A stretch of DNA of 64,000 nucleotides. It comes from Rhina ancylostomus. Lineage: Eukaryota. The notes beneath the pieces are model-generated. The model saw only the letters and a list, made by a program, of their open reading frames with translations. It did not search any database and was not told where the DNA came from. The stretch covers positions 70,950,866-71,014,865 of the forward strand of contig JARFYF010000094.1 of assembly GCA_030265395.1 (NCBI GenBank), given 5' to 3'. Of the stretch, positions 1 to 12,985 are shown piece by piece; the first letter of the stretch is position 1; each line of letters starts with the position of its first letter. Made by a program: the position numbers and the translations under genes.

Positions 1-255
1 CGTATAGGGGGATATCAGAGGTATGTTATTTTACACAGAGTGGTGGGTGCGTGGAATGCGCAGCCAGGGGTGCTGGTAGAGGGAGATACATTAGGGACAT
101 TTAAGATACTCTTAGAGAGGCACATGGATGATAGAAAAATGGAGGGGTATGTGGGAAGGAATGGTTAGATTGTTTAGAAGAGGTTAACAGGTTGGCACAA
201 CATCATGGGCTGAAGGGCCTGTGCTGTACTGTGCTGTACTTTTCTATGTTCTATG
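1..255 (+). mobile_element. CR1-clade LINE 3' end (HER1-like)
   Basis: Typical CR1 3' region (…gtggtgggtgcgtggaatg…gggctgaagggcctgtgctgtactg…) ending in a TTCTATG-repeat tail at ~242-255. Confidence 0.85.
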
Positions 256-639
256 GTAGGAAAGAGAGAGAGGCCATGACCAGCAGAGGGGGTAGGGCTA
301 AAGTTTTCTTGAGGAAGAGTGTAAATACATGTGGTTTGGACACCCAACTCATTGCTAATTTACCCAGGTTTTGGGCAATCTGCACTGCAGCATTTTAATA
401 TAAATCAGGCCCCTATTAGCAGCATAAAAATGGTGAGCAATGTGTTTGCAATGGGTTAGGAATCCAATTCCCTGTTCCCACATTCCACATAACCTTATCA
501 ACTTCTCATTCCCTATTGTGGAGGGGTGTATATGAGTCCTCTGAATCATTTGGTTATTATTGTTTCAGATCGCTTCGGCATACAAGTATCAACATCTCAA
601 AACTGGTTAATCTGGTTCTCAGGTATTTTTCCCCCTTCC

Positions 640-1425
640 CTGCAAGTACACATCTAAATCTGGTTCAAATATGAAGGGGATTTCTGCTTTCTCATCCTTT
701 CAGACAGTGAGTTCCAATCACCAACCACATCCTGTGGGAAAGTATGTTGTTCCCCCATGTTCCTTTGTCAAATTACTTTACATCTATGCTCCCTGGTTTT
801 TAATATTCTACAAACACTTCGTCTATTTGGTCTATCACTTTATATCAACCTCACATAATTTTACACACTTCAATTAAGTCTCCCCTTGGTCTCCTCTGTT
901 CCAAAGAAAAGCAATCCTAGTTTATTTAGCCTTTCCACATTGCTACAATGTTCCAATCCTGCCCACATCCATGTAAATCTCCCACAGCCACTCCAATACA
1001 TTCATATCTTCCCTATAACTTGGAAACCAGAACTGAATGTAGTACACAAGCTGCATCCTAACCAATATTGTGTGAAGTTTTAGCACAGCCTCCATGTTTT
1101 TATATTCTATGCTTTGGCTAATAAAGGAAAATATCCTTTTGACCTTTCTAACCACTTTATTCACCTGTCTTGCTTCCTTTAAAGATCTATGAACATACAT
1201 TCCAAGTTTCCTCCATTCTACCACACAACTGACTATCCTCCCTTTTATTATACATTCCTGTGCCTTGTTGCAGTTCTCCAGATGCATTTCTTCACTCTTC
1301 TCAGGAGTAAATTCAATTTGCCATTTTCTGTCCAGTTGACCAAACCATCTAAATCTTCTTGCAATCCAATTCCTTGCTCTTCACTGTTGAACAAATGGCC
1401 ATTTGTTATATCATCTGCAAGTTTC
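640..1425 (-). mobile_element. Decayed CR1 LINE ORF2 3' fragment
   Basis: Minus ORF 943-1287 reads QVNKVVRKVKRIFSFISQSIEYKNMEAVLKLHTILVRMQLVYYIQFWFP, the CR1 post-RT region; boundaries approximate. Confidence 0.8.
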
Positions 1426-1429
1426 TTTA

Positions 1430-2069
1430 CAAAACCAAGTCAGGCAGTATCACAGACAACAGCACATCCCTTCCCGATGAGCTTAACACATTCTATACAT
1501 GTTTTGAACAAAGGGGATTGGAATGTCACCACCCACCCTGAAAGCCTCCAATGTACCTGAACCCACAGTCACCGCTGCGGACATAATATCAAGCTTCTGG
1601 AGAGTTAACCCGTGGAAAGCATCTGGCCTGGATGGTGTCCCTGCCCATGTCCTTTGATCCTGTGCAGATCAGCTGGTGTGGGTATTTGCAGACCTTTTTA
1701 ATCTCTCCCTCCTTCAATACTGAGGTTCCGGCCTGCTTTAAGAAGATCACTATCATCCTGGTACCTAAGAAAAACAAGGTAACATGCTTTAATGGCTACT
1801 GCCCAGTGGCCCTCACATCCACCATCATGAAATGCTTCAAGAGGCTGGTCTTGACAGGCATTAACTGCAGCCTCCCTGAGAACCTTGACCCATTGCAATT
1901 CATGTACTGCTGAAGCAGGTCTATGGTGGATGCCATCTCCCTGCCTCTATTCATCTCTGGAGCATCTGGACAGTAAAGCCGCCTAGGTTAGACTATTGTT
2001 TATTGATTACAGCTCCGCTTTCAATACTATAATTCCAAGTAAGCTCATCACCAAACTCTGAGACCTGGG
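1430..2069 (+). mobile_element. Rex1/Babar-type LINE reverse transcriptase fragment (frameshifted)
   Basis: LPDELNTFY…VPACFKKITIILVPKK…YCPVALTSTIMKCFKRLV…LDPLQF…RLLFIDYSSAFNTIIPSKL across frames. Confidence 0.85.
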
Positions 2070-2089
2070 ACTTCAATTAAGTCTCCCCT

Positions 2090-4092
2090 CAGTTTAAATG
2101 AATACTTTTCATTGTTACTTACAAAGGAAACCAATTTTGTCATTGGAAAATTCAGGGAAGGCATATGTGAAAGTCAAGTGCAGGTTTTCATGAAGTAAGA
2201 GGAGGTACTTCATGCGTTGGCAGGCTTAAGGATGGATAAATCCCCAGGACTAGATGCTGTGGGAATCAAGGGAAGAGATTGCTGGCACTGTGGTTGAGAT
2301 TTTTAAATCTTCTCTGGAAACAAGTGAGTTACTGGATGACTGGAGGACAGCAAACGTGGTAACCCTTTTCAAGAAAGGCAGCAGGGAAAAGTTTGGTAAC
2401 TATAGACCTGTGAGCCTAGCATTAGTGGTAGGGAAGATACTGAGGGAGAGGATTAATCATCACTTGGAAAGGCAAGGACTAATCAGAGACAGCCAACATG
2501 GTTTTATCAAGGGCAGATCCTGTCTGACCAATTTGATTGAATTCTTTGAAGAGCTAACATAGTTACCAATGAGGGCAGTGCAGTTGATATGATTTACATG
2601 GACTTTAGTAAAGCTTTTGACAGGGCCCCACAGAAGACACCGGTTCAGAAGGTTAGAGACCCATGGGAACCAGGGCAAGTTGGTAAACTGGATCCAAATC
2701 TGGCTTGTCAATAGGACACAGTGGTTGATGGTAGGTTTTGTGACTGGATGCCTGTGATGAGTGGTGTCACACAAGGATCGGTGCTGGAACCCTTGCTATT
2801 TGTAATCTACATGAATGATTTGGATGTGGATGTGGGATGCATAATCAGTAATTTTGCAGATGACACGTAGATTGACAGAGTTGATGATGATGTGGAAGGT
2901 AGCTTTAGGCTGCAGAGGGATATCAATGTTTTGGTGAAATAGGATGAAAAATGGCAGATGTATTTTAATCCAGACAAATGTGAAGCTATGCATTTTGGAA
3001 GCACTTATGAGGCTAGGACATATACTATGAATGGTAGGGTCTTGGGAACAGAGGGACTTCAGAGTACAAGTCCCTAGATCCTTGAAGATGGCAATGCAGA
3101 TAAACAACATCGTTCAGAAGGCATACGGGATACTGGCCTTCATTAGTTGGAGCATTGAATACAGAAGTAGGGAGGTAATGCTAAACTTTATGAAACATTG
3201 GTCAGACCTCAGCTGGAGTACGATGCAATTCTGGTCAAAGTCAAAGGCGAGTTTATTGTCATATGCACAAGTACATGTATGTACAGGTGCAATGAAAAAC
3301 TTACTTGCAGCAGCATCACAGGCACNNNNNNNNNNNNNNNNNNNNNNNNNNNNNNNNNNNNNNNNNNNNNNNNNNNNNNNNNNNNNNNNNNNNNNNNNNN
3401 NNNNNNNNNNNNNNNNNNNNNNNNNAAACTTACTTGCAGCAGCATCACAGGCACATAGCATCATATAAGCAGCATTCACATGAAAAACATAAATTAAACT
3501 CAAATCAAACAATTTTTACAGGAAAAAAATATACAATTAGAACACAAAAAAACAGTCCATTTAAGTGCAAAGTGATCTGATTGGTCATAGTGTTGCTAAA
3601 TTGCAATGGTGGTCATTAAGGAAGGATGTGATAACACTGGAGAGGGTGCAGAGGTGATTCACTGGGATGTTGCTTGGGCTGAAGCTGCTCAGTTCTGAGG
3701 AGAGACTGGAGAGGCTGGGTCTTTTCTCCCTGGAGAGGAGGAGGTTAACAGTGGACATGATTGAAGGTATATAAAATTGAGGGGTATAGATAGAATAGAC
3801 TGCAGGAAAATTTTCCCTATGTCAAAGGTGTATAAAACTAGAGGACATAGATTGAGGGTAAGGCAAAAGAGATTAAGAGGGAATATAAGGGGAACCTTCT
3901 TCACCCAGAGAGTGGTTAAGTGTCTGGAATGCATTGTCGGAGAGAGTAATTGAAGCTGGGTTGCTGACAGCAGTCAAGAAATTATTGGGTGATGGGGTTA
4001 ATATGTAAGGGTGCCCACTTGTCGGTGTGGATGAGTTAGGTTGAATGGCCTGTTTCCATGCTGTACGATCCTATGATTCTGTGATTCTATGC
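2090..4092 (+). mobile_element. 5'-truncated CR1 LINE (RT to 3' tail) with stops and a nested insertion
   Basis: DWRTANVVTLFKKGSREKFGNYRPVSL…SQHGFIKGRSCLTNLIEFFEE (ORF 2254-2562), FADD codons near 2853, and an ATTCTATG-type tail at ~4070-4092. Confidence 0.9.
3238..3609 (-). mobile_element. Nested LINE 3' end (Rex1-like) inserted into the CR1 copy
   Basis: Minus strand ends in AATAAA plus a (TTTGAC)n tail; flanked by TGGTCA at 3232-3237 and 3610-3615, and CR1 homology resumes immediately after. Confidence 0.65.
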
Positions 4093-5339
4093 TGTAAAGG
4101 ATGGGCTCCAACCTATATACATAGCTCTGTGTAAAGTTGTTGCTGAGACAGCCTGGCTCAGGTGACAAAATTCAACTTTAGTTGTAAGATAAGCCATGAT
4201 TTTATTTAATGGTGGAGCAGAACTGAGAGGGGAGATGGCCTTCTCCTGCTTCTATTTCTTGTGTTATATGGCCCAGGTGCTCTTGTGACTTTATGCAGGT
4301 TTCCCAACAGGTCTGCCAATGCACCATGCATTTTAACATGTATGCTCAGGAGTCTTCATCAGTAGGCTGCCCCAACAAAATTCTCCTCTTAGTCCTCTAC
4401 AACAGAATTTACCTCTTTGTCAAACTATTAACTTCACCAGCCTTTCCTCCTACTCTGACTGTATGTCCCTAAGAGGCACAGGTTGATTTTAAAGTGCAAT
4501 TTAACTTTACCTGCTGCTAATCTTTTAGGAAATTAGGACACTTGTAGAGACAATAAGCCAAAGAACAGTATAGTTACCACTGGCTGCATGTAACTGTCAT
4601 ATAAGTGAGAAGAGATTAATATTAGTGTACCACCAGCATTGGAAGCAATAGGTCCAAATTAATCCTTCATAACAATTTCCATCCCCTTTTCAGGAGGTGA
4701 CCCAGTTTAGTCCTCTATATCTTTAATGAACCTGAAGACAAAATGTTGTTAGGACATCTAAATTAAACATTTAACTCTTGGTGGAAATTAAGTTTGACTT
4801 ACTTCTAACCAACATGCAATGTTTAGACACAAGGAAAAGGCCAAACATATCAAAAAATAATCACATGTATCTTTTTCATGGGGTTATGGGGAATGCTACT
4901 GATGTCAGACATCTTGCGTTTGCTCTCTTGTGCTTCAGATCAGAACTTCCTTTCTCCATCTGTCTTTAGAATGGTTGTGGCAATGTTACTCTTGCCATCT
5001 GAATCTCATTACTGTCATTTTCTCAAACATTCTTTGTACACACATTGCTCATTTTGTGTGGTGAATAAAAATTGTCTTTGTGCCAGCTTATTTACAAGTC
5101 TGTCAATGCAAATAAAATACTGTGAAATATTCTATTGAGTTTGTTTGGACATATTGAATGTTACATTAAGTGATATGGAAATATTTTAAGTACTTCTACA
5201 GAATGGATTTAATGTTGAATTTAATCAGATTAGTTAGTGGGTTTGCTGAATAAAATGCATATTAATGATGATTGGTTTATTTGTGGAATTTCCTGAAACT
5301 CAAGATTGAAGACAGTTCACAGAAAGTTGAACAGTCTCA

Positions 5340-6020
5340 ACCATGCCTCACTTACTATTGAATCCAAGGTTCGTTGGTTCCATTCCCATTCCAAAGCCTT
5401 AAGCTTCATTGCAATGCTAAGTGTGTGCTATTCTGTCTGAGGCTCTGTTGCTTAGATCAGATGTAAAATTGTGCCTTGTCAAGTAGGTGCAAAATATCCA
5501 CAATTTTTAAGAATTTATACCTGCCATGGAGAAATATTTATTCTACAACTAGATTAACTAAAACAATATATATGATCAAGATCATATTATGTCCAAATAG
5601 GCTGCCATGGTTCTTATATTACAACAGTGATCACACTTCCAAAGTATTTCATTATTTGTTGTGCTTTGGGATGACCTAAAACTGGAAACTATTTCATAGA
5701 GCAAGTCCTTCTTTTCTCTTTTTACACTACGTATGTACAGAACTCTTAAATTCATAATCTATGGTACAGGACTCTGAGAATACTAGTCTCACTCTTGTTG
5801 GAAGTATTGCTTTCTGATAAGGCACCTCAGCTGTATGTGAAATATCCCATGACACTATTTCAAAATAGAGCAGAGGAATTTTGCCAGTGTTCAGCTAACA
5901 CTTATATCTCAACTACCATTAATATTACATTAACTGATCATTTCTCTATTATAGGACCTTGCACTGCACAAATTGGAAGCTACATTTATGGTCAAAAAGA
6001 TAGTGACTGTATTCTTAAGG
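5340..6020 (+). mobile_element. Two adjacent decayed DeuSINE (SacSINE1/AmnSINE1-like) copies
   Basis: Deu-domain-like aatatcccatgacactatttcaaaatagagcag…cacttatatctcaac and tail attacaacagtgatcacacttccaaagtatttcatt…gctttgggatgacct; compared with the consensus from memory. Confidence 0.65.
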
Positions 6021-7332
6021 TCATTCTCTGGAGAAAAAAGTGAATCCATTAAACGTGTGCATAATAGTGGCTGTGCATTTTACTCTGCTTTTGAACTTTA
6101 GTTCCATTGACTTAAATGAAAGTAAATTTTGAAAGAACGCAACGACTTCTAAATACAAACATTTAATGCAAGTGAATCAAGGATGAATTCCTATGAATTA
6201 ATCTGAGGATATAAAAAACAAGATATAAATGTGAGTATCTTCTATAAATCCTGTTTTCTTTTTTCTATGTGTGAGTGAATAAGCAGTCTGTGAATATTAC
6301 AGTTGAAATGCACACTCATGGTCTCATGAAAATAGCCACTATCACTTTGTTGCATGATTTGATCGAGAGGTGGAATTACAACAATAACAAATGTAATTCT
6401 CAAGTAAATAATAGTCTCAGGAGATGAAGTATTATACTGCAAGAAGTCTACTGTTGTTACAGACAAGATGGAGGAACACAACCACTAACTACTTGCAAGT
6501 AAAATTGGAAAATTGCATTGTTGCTACAAGTTATGACCAACTTTAAGACAGAAATCGATAAGAACCATTTGCTTCTATTGCATTCACTGGTATATTTACT
6601 ATACTCCTTTAGATTCATGGAAAAGATCTGGTTAGAATTCCCTCTTTTCTTCTAACATATGCCTAGAAGGAAGGAAAACCTCAAAAGTTAAATTTAAAAT
6701 GTTGCTAAACCTTTCACCCTGTTTGCATCTGATTATATTTATCCCAAACCAAGCTGATCTGCAACTAATTCAGTCACACAGCACTTGGACTTTTCTCTTC
6801 TCTGCTTGATTCAAATCACATTGCTTTGCAACAAGCTTTAATTCAACAATAGGAAGTTGGACCGTTTATTCAAAACTTAATAATCACAGTAAGGCTGCAG
6901 TGCTTGGGACAGCAATTTTGCAGTGAATCAGGCACAAATCTTTAACATGTGTGAATTGAGCTTTAGTGCAAACAAGGGTTTTAAAATAAGTACTGGTTGG
7001 TCAAGAGGCCACTTGTGATATTTAGAGTAAATGTGCAGTTAAATTACATCAGAAACTGTAATTTTCTGCCTTTCTTTGGATTCTTTTTTTAACTAATAAA
7101 ATTGTAAGCCTACAGGCCTAGTCACAAACCGAAATCATCCTTTTGTTTTCAGCAGTAGGGTTACAATAACATATGGTAGTTTGAGAGGTGGCTCACCACC
7201 ATCTTCTCAAGAGCATTTAAGGATGGATCACAAATGCAGACCCTGCAGTAATGGATTGAAAAAATATGCATTGGACCTTATTTTGGTTTGCAAAATTTAT
7301 GAAGGTGAATTCCACTAGATGTTCAAGATGTT

Positions 7333-9935
7333 AAGAACATAAACATAACAAATAAAAGCAGGAACACGCCTCAATAAGATCAACGGTGATGCTAACACTC
7401 GACTCCATATTCCTTGCCTGATTCCTATATCTCTTGATTCTAAGGGGGGCCAAAAATCTTTTGATCTTAGTTTTGAATATGTTCGATGACAGTTGTCTCC
7501 AGAGTAGAGAATTTCAAAGACTTGCACCCTCTAAGTAAAGAAATGTCTTCTTATTTCAGCCATGAAGGGCCAACTCTCTACAACACTAGGGTTCTACATC
7601 ACCCTCCCCAAGATTCCTCAATCATGGGAAACAAACTCTTACCATCTACCCAGTAAATCATACGTATATATTTCGATGAGATCACCTTTCATTCTTCTAC
7701 ATTCCAGTAGGTATAGTCTGTTCTTCCTCAACCTTTCCTCATTGGTTAATCCCTCACCCATGGAGTCAAGCTGGTAATCCTAAACAAGCATATCCTTCCT
7801 TGGTACAAAAACAAAACAAGCACAGGCTCACGAGAGCTATGTACAGTTGCGCCAGACCTTTTAACTTCAGTATCCCAGACTTTGCAGTAAACACTAACAT
7901 TTACCTTCATGTTGACTTTGTACATAACTAGCATATTCAATTTCCTCAATGCATGAATATATAATAGATTCTCACTATTTTAAAAAATATTGTGCTTTCT
8001 CATTCACCCTACCAAAGAGAATAGCCTCAGAATTTTCTGGCACTTATTTCCCATCTGTCATCTTCTTGCCCACTTGCTTCTCCTGCCCTGCCTTATTACA
8101 TTGTGATTTTTGAGGTGGTGTATAAACATGTCCTTAATAAAGATTACTCTATTTTCCTACAACTAACCCATGTTCCCTAGCCTGTGTTTCCTTTGTAATC
8201 TCTTTACATCCTCCTCACAGATCATTTCCCCAACTAACTTGAATATGTTACATTGTTTTCTAAATCTTGAATATAGACCATAAAATATAACTGAGGGGCC
8301 AATATTGATCCATGTAGCACCCCATTAGTGGCAGGCTGGCCAGAAAATGACACATTTAGTTTTGGTTTATTGAGTTTTTCTTTGTCCAGTCCCATTTTCT
8401 CTAATTACCCTTTCAAACCTTCCATGACTGATGCAGTTTTTAAAGAGTGGGACAAATTAGGTATTACTTGTTTTTAAGATCTGTTTGTTGGAGGAAACCT
8501 TTCTTCGTTTGAACAATTGTCTACCAAGTATAATTTATCAAAACCTCACTTTTTTAGATATTTACAAACTAGAGATTTTCTTCGATCTCAATTGCATTCT
8601 TTTCCTTTGTGTCCTGATAAGAATTTATTAGATGTAATTTTTAATTTGGAACCCTTTCAGGATGGTTTAATATCTAATATTTATGACAGATTATTAGGAA
8701 TGAGTAAGGTGCCAATAGATAAAATTAAAAACACTTGGGAACAAGATTTGCAGATGTCAATTTCCGAGGAAACTTGGAATGAAATTTTCAAGTTGGTTAA
8801 TACTTCATCANNNNNNNNNNNNNNNNNNNNNNNNNNNNNNNNNNNNNNNNNNNNNNNNNNNNNNNNNNNNNNNNNNNNNNNNNNNNNNNNNNNNNNNNNN
8901 NNNNNNNNNNCTGTTCAGTTTTTGAATCTAACCTAGACTTTCAAACCCTGTGGGGACCTTTTTTGAATTATTTTCAAAATCTCTGATCTGAGGACTAAAA
9001 TACAGATATTGGCTGACACTTTTTAAAGGTTTTTCCCTGCTGTTTCTTTTATCTAACAGCTTCAGGTTTTGGTAGTGGGGGTAGATTTTTTTTGTAATAA
9101 AATATTTCAATTTTTTCTTCCTTTATTAACTAACTACTACACATAATTATTGATCTAGAGTATTGTAATCCTAAATATGATTTAACATAATGTATTCAGT
9201 ACTACTTTACTCTCTTTTTTGATGTATGTACTCTGTATTTCTTTTCATGGAATTAATAAAAATATTGTAAAAGAAAATGATACACTTAGTTATACATTCT
9301 TGCTTTTTATCCTTTAACTAATTCTCTATCCATGCTAACATATTGCCTCCAATCCTTGAAGACCCTTTATTATATGATAACATTTTTCTATTACCTTATC
9401 AATAGCCTTTTGGAAATCCAGATATTTTAATTCCTTACCTATCCATCCAGATAGATCATTTATTGCATTTATGAAAATACGATTTGCCTTCCATGAACTC
9501 ATGTTTGCCCTGCCTTATGACATTTTGATTTTTGTTGTGATCTATCGCCATGTCCTTAATATAGAATACACCATTGTTACTAAAATTGATGCCATGCTAG
9601 CTAGCTTATGGTTCTCTGTTTTCTCTTTCCCTACTTTGTTGTTACATTTGCTTCCTTAAAATCAGCTGAGATGATCCCAGAATCTAGAGAATTTTGGAAG
9701 ATACTATTCATGCATTTGTTATCTCTGCAACTGCCTATTTTCAAATCCTGATATACGCCATCAGATTCAGGAGATTTGCTTGCCCGTAGTCCCATTTGTT
9801 TATCTGCTATTTTTTTCTTAGTGATATTGTTTCAAAGTCCTCATTCCTTTTACCCTTCAGTTATGTATGATTTTTGGGATACTTTTCATGCCTCTACTGA
9901 GAAGACAGATGCAGAATATTTGTTTAATATCTTCA
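7333..9935 (-). mobile_element. Old CR1 LINE, split by the L1 insertion at 8362-9271
   Basis: AAGAACAT tail at ~7333; degenerate CR1 3' sequence continues on both sides of the L1 target-site duplication. Confidence 0.65.
8362..9271 (+). mobile_element. 5'-truncated L1-clade LINE (ORF2 C-terminus plus 3'UTR) with TSD
   Basis: ORF 8517: KYNLSKPHFFRYLQTRDFL…WEQDLQMSISEETWNEI; AATAAA at 9255-9260; ~20-bp TSD 8342-8361 / 9272-9291 (18/20 identical). Confidence 0.85.
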
Positions 9936-9964
9936 GCCAAATTGATTCTACATCAACCTACACC

Positions 9965-10092
9965 AGTCAGGGTCTTGAACCAAAACATTGACTATCCCTT
10001 TGCCTCCACAGATGTTGCTTGACCCGCTGAGTTCCACCAGCAGTTTGTTATTTTGTTCCATATTCCATCATCTGCAGTCCCATGTGTTTCTC
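9965..10092 (+). mobile_element. Penelope-type terminal repeat fragment (decayed hammerhead motif)
   Basis: agggtcttgaaccaaaacattgac…cacagatgttgcttgacccgctgagttccaccagca…atctgcagt, the same family as the 12862, 26924, 41640 and 44062 copies. Confidence 0.65.
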
Positions 10093-12861
10093 TGATTTGA
10101 TTCTACTTCCAGATCTTCTGAGCCAAGATCTTTTCTCAATACTACCCCAATATCATCCTTTATTATCATAGCTAACCCACCACCACACTCATCTCACCAC
10201 ACACACCCCTGCCCCCATTTTAACTGCCTGTCTTCCCAGAGCATAAGCGTAAACATTCAGTTCCTTTACTTGGTCTTGGTCACTCTGCACAGCATTCCTG
10301 TAAAAGGAATTAGATCAATCCATTAACCACTTGATGTGCACCACTTATTGTGTGAATCCTTTATGCATTCAGATAAAGAGCCATTTTTTGGACATTTTAC
10401 CTTCTTTTCCCTATGACCAAACATGCTGATCAATAATTATCATAACATGCTTTACTCTTTCCTGACTCATTACTGCACTGCACTACTACTTAGTCCTTTC
10501 TCTTTAAATGTCCACCTTTGACAACTCATTCCTCTTACTTATATAATTATTTAGTTTCAATACTCTAGTTTTCATCTGTAGGTATATCTCTTGTCGTAGA
10601 CATAATATCTTACAATATTGTAAACACTTTTCCATTACTTTGTGATGTGTAATTAATTCTGAATCATAACATAAGTCAAGGTCTTGAATAGCTGGTTGAC
10701 AAGTTGGGCACGAAGATATAGTTGTCCAGCAAACAGTCTTGGTGTAATAATTCATGGGACCAATTAGAGAACTCCATGGTTTTGTTACTGATAGTGGCAA
10801 ATAATTCTCCACACCCATTTCAGTAAAGTGAATACATATTATATTTTTGTGAGATCAACACATCTGGACCATACTAATTTTGTCAACATTTGCATTTTGT
10901 CAACATAAGGGTACATTATATATGTTTGATATTTTAACTGATCCACCTATACACATGAAAGAGGTATAAAATCAGGTGGGATAGAAACCAATTTTTCTTC
11001 CACAACCCTGCCCAATTCCACAGCAGTAGCTTTATAACCGGGATTTTGTCAATTAAATTTATTTGTTAGTGAGACATTGGTTCAGAGACTACATATTAAT
11101 AATATGAGGGTGTAAAAATATTAAAATACATATTCTACAGTATATAACTTAGTAATAACATTATTTCATTATTGTAAATGAAATTACTGAATTTTACATT
11201 TCTGTATCAATTATTAGTAAGTTTTATTTTATGAATTTTTATTTTAAAACACTAATTTTAAGAGCAAACTGCTTCAGATATGATGTTTANNNNNNNNNNN
11301 NNNNNNNNNNNNNNNNNNNNNNNNNNNNNNNNNNNNNNNNNNNNNNNNNNNNNNNNNNNNNNNNNNNNNNNNNNNNNNNNNNNNNNNNNNNNNNNNNNNN
11401 NNNNNNNNNNNNNNNNNNNNNNNNNNNNNNNNNNNNNNNNNNNNNNNNNNNNNNNNNNNNNNNNNNNNNNNNNNNNNNNNNNNNNNNNNNNNNNNNNNNN
11501 NNNNNNNNNNNNNNNNNNNNNNNNNNNNNNNNNNNNNNNNNNNNNNNNNNNNNNNNNNNNNNNNNNNNNNNNNNNNNNNNNNNNNNNNNNNNNNNNNNNN
11601 NNNNNNNNNNNNNNNNNNNNNNNNNNNNNNNNNNNNNNNNNNNNNNNNNNNNNNNNNNNNNNNNNNNNNNNNNNNNNNNNNNNNNNNNNNNNNNNNNNNN
11701 NNNNNNNNNNNNNNNNNNNNNNNNNNNNNNNNNNNNNNNNNNNNNNNNNNNNNNNNNNNNNNNNNNNNNNNNNNNNNNNNNNNNNNNNNNNNNNNNNNNN
11801 NNNNNNNNNNNNNNNNNNNNNNNNNNNNNNNNNNNNNNNNNNNNNNNNNNNNNNNNNNNNNNNNNNNNNNNNNNNNNNNNNNNNNNNNNNNNNNNNNNNN
11901 NNNNNNNNNNNNNNNNNNNNNNNNNNNNNNNNNNNNNNNNNNNNNNNNNNNNNNNNNNNNNNNNNNNNNNNNNNNNNNNNNNNNNNNNNNNNNNNNNNNN
12001 NNNNNNNNNNNNNTTGATATTTACCTTCAAGCATTTCCAAATCTCATTTCAATCTATTTCCAGTCTTAAAGTCTAACTTAAAGAAATAAAGATATTGGCC
12101 ATCACAACTGCTGATAGCTTTGAGATTATCAGCATTCATACTGTGGCTAATAATTTCTAATAAACCTTAAGAAGGAAAAAATAGAAAGTATAATTGAAAA
12201 ATTTTTGATAATAATATGCAGGGAAGACCTTCACAGCTTCGTCAGTGTAAGTGGCTGTCAACATAAATGAATTTCCCATTAGTGAGTTGAACTGTATTTT
12301 TATACACAGTAAAGGTATAAATAGCAATTATAAATTTATATTTTCTTCTATTTATTTAGCCTTACACAACTAGTAGAAATGACTGGACATGCCAAGCTGC
12401 AATAGAACGGTACTGCCAGCATCACTGAAACAGCTGGATCTCAGGGCAATGCACAATGACTTTCACATCTTGCACTGTGGTTTGCCCTGACATCTCTGTT
12501 GTGTGAAACTGAAATATTAGTCAAATCACTGGTATGTGATGTATTTGGTGTTAGATCATTTTGAACACCATGTTTGCAGTATTAAGCTGCCAACTCTTAA
12601 TTTGATGTACCTNNNNNNNNNNTCCATCTAAATAGCTGGTCTGTTCCTAAAATAGCACCACCAGCATCAGTGAAACAGCTGGAACTGCTTAATGCCCAGA
12701 TGTTTGAAACAAGTCAAATCATTGATGGAAGGAATCTAGCAAAGAACAAAAAATATTATTTAAAAACTGGATGGTTCACCCTCTCCATGCATACTTCTTG
12801 ACTTCAGTGTAGATCTGACACAGTCAAACACTAAAAATTTCCTCCAATACTTTCCCCCCCA

Positions 12862-12985
12862 CTCAGTTCTGATGAAAAGTCATTGACTTGAAATGTTAAC
12901 TCTGTTTCTCCTTCTGCAAATGCTGCCTAACCTGTTGAGTATTTCTAGGATTTTCTACTTTTATTTCAGATTTTGCAGCATGTTT
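12862..12985 (+). mobile_element. Penelope-type terminal repeat with minimal type I hammerhead ribozyme motif
   Basis: AGTT-CTGATGA-A-AAGTC-ATT-GACTT-GAAA-TGTT-AACT at 12865-12901, followed by tgctgcctaacctgttgagtattt. Confidence 0.65.

Noticed and set aside
3297-3455. Apparent tandem duplications flanking gaps (also tgcttcag around 37794-37893 and ~70 bp around 43794-44061)
   Set aside because: Identical sequence on both sides of an N run is the usual sign of unmerged overlapping contig ends
11231-12076. Long ORFs in the track (also 23751-24332, 35625-36215, 40325-41053, 43755-44216, 53942-54565)
   Set aside because: They are open only because they run through N gaps
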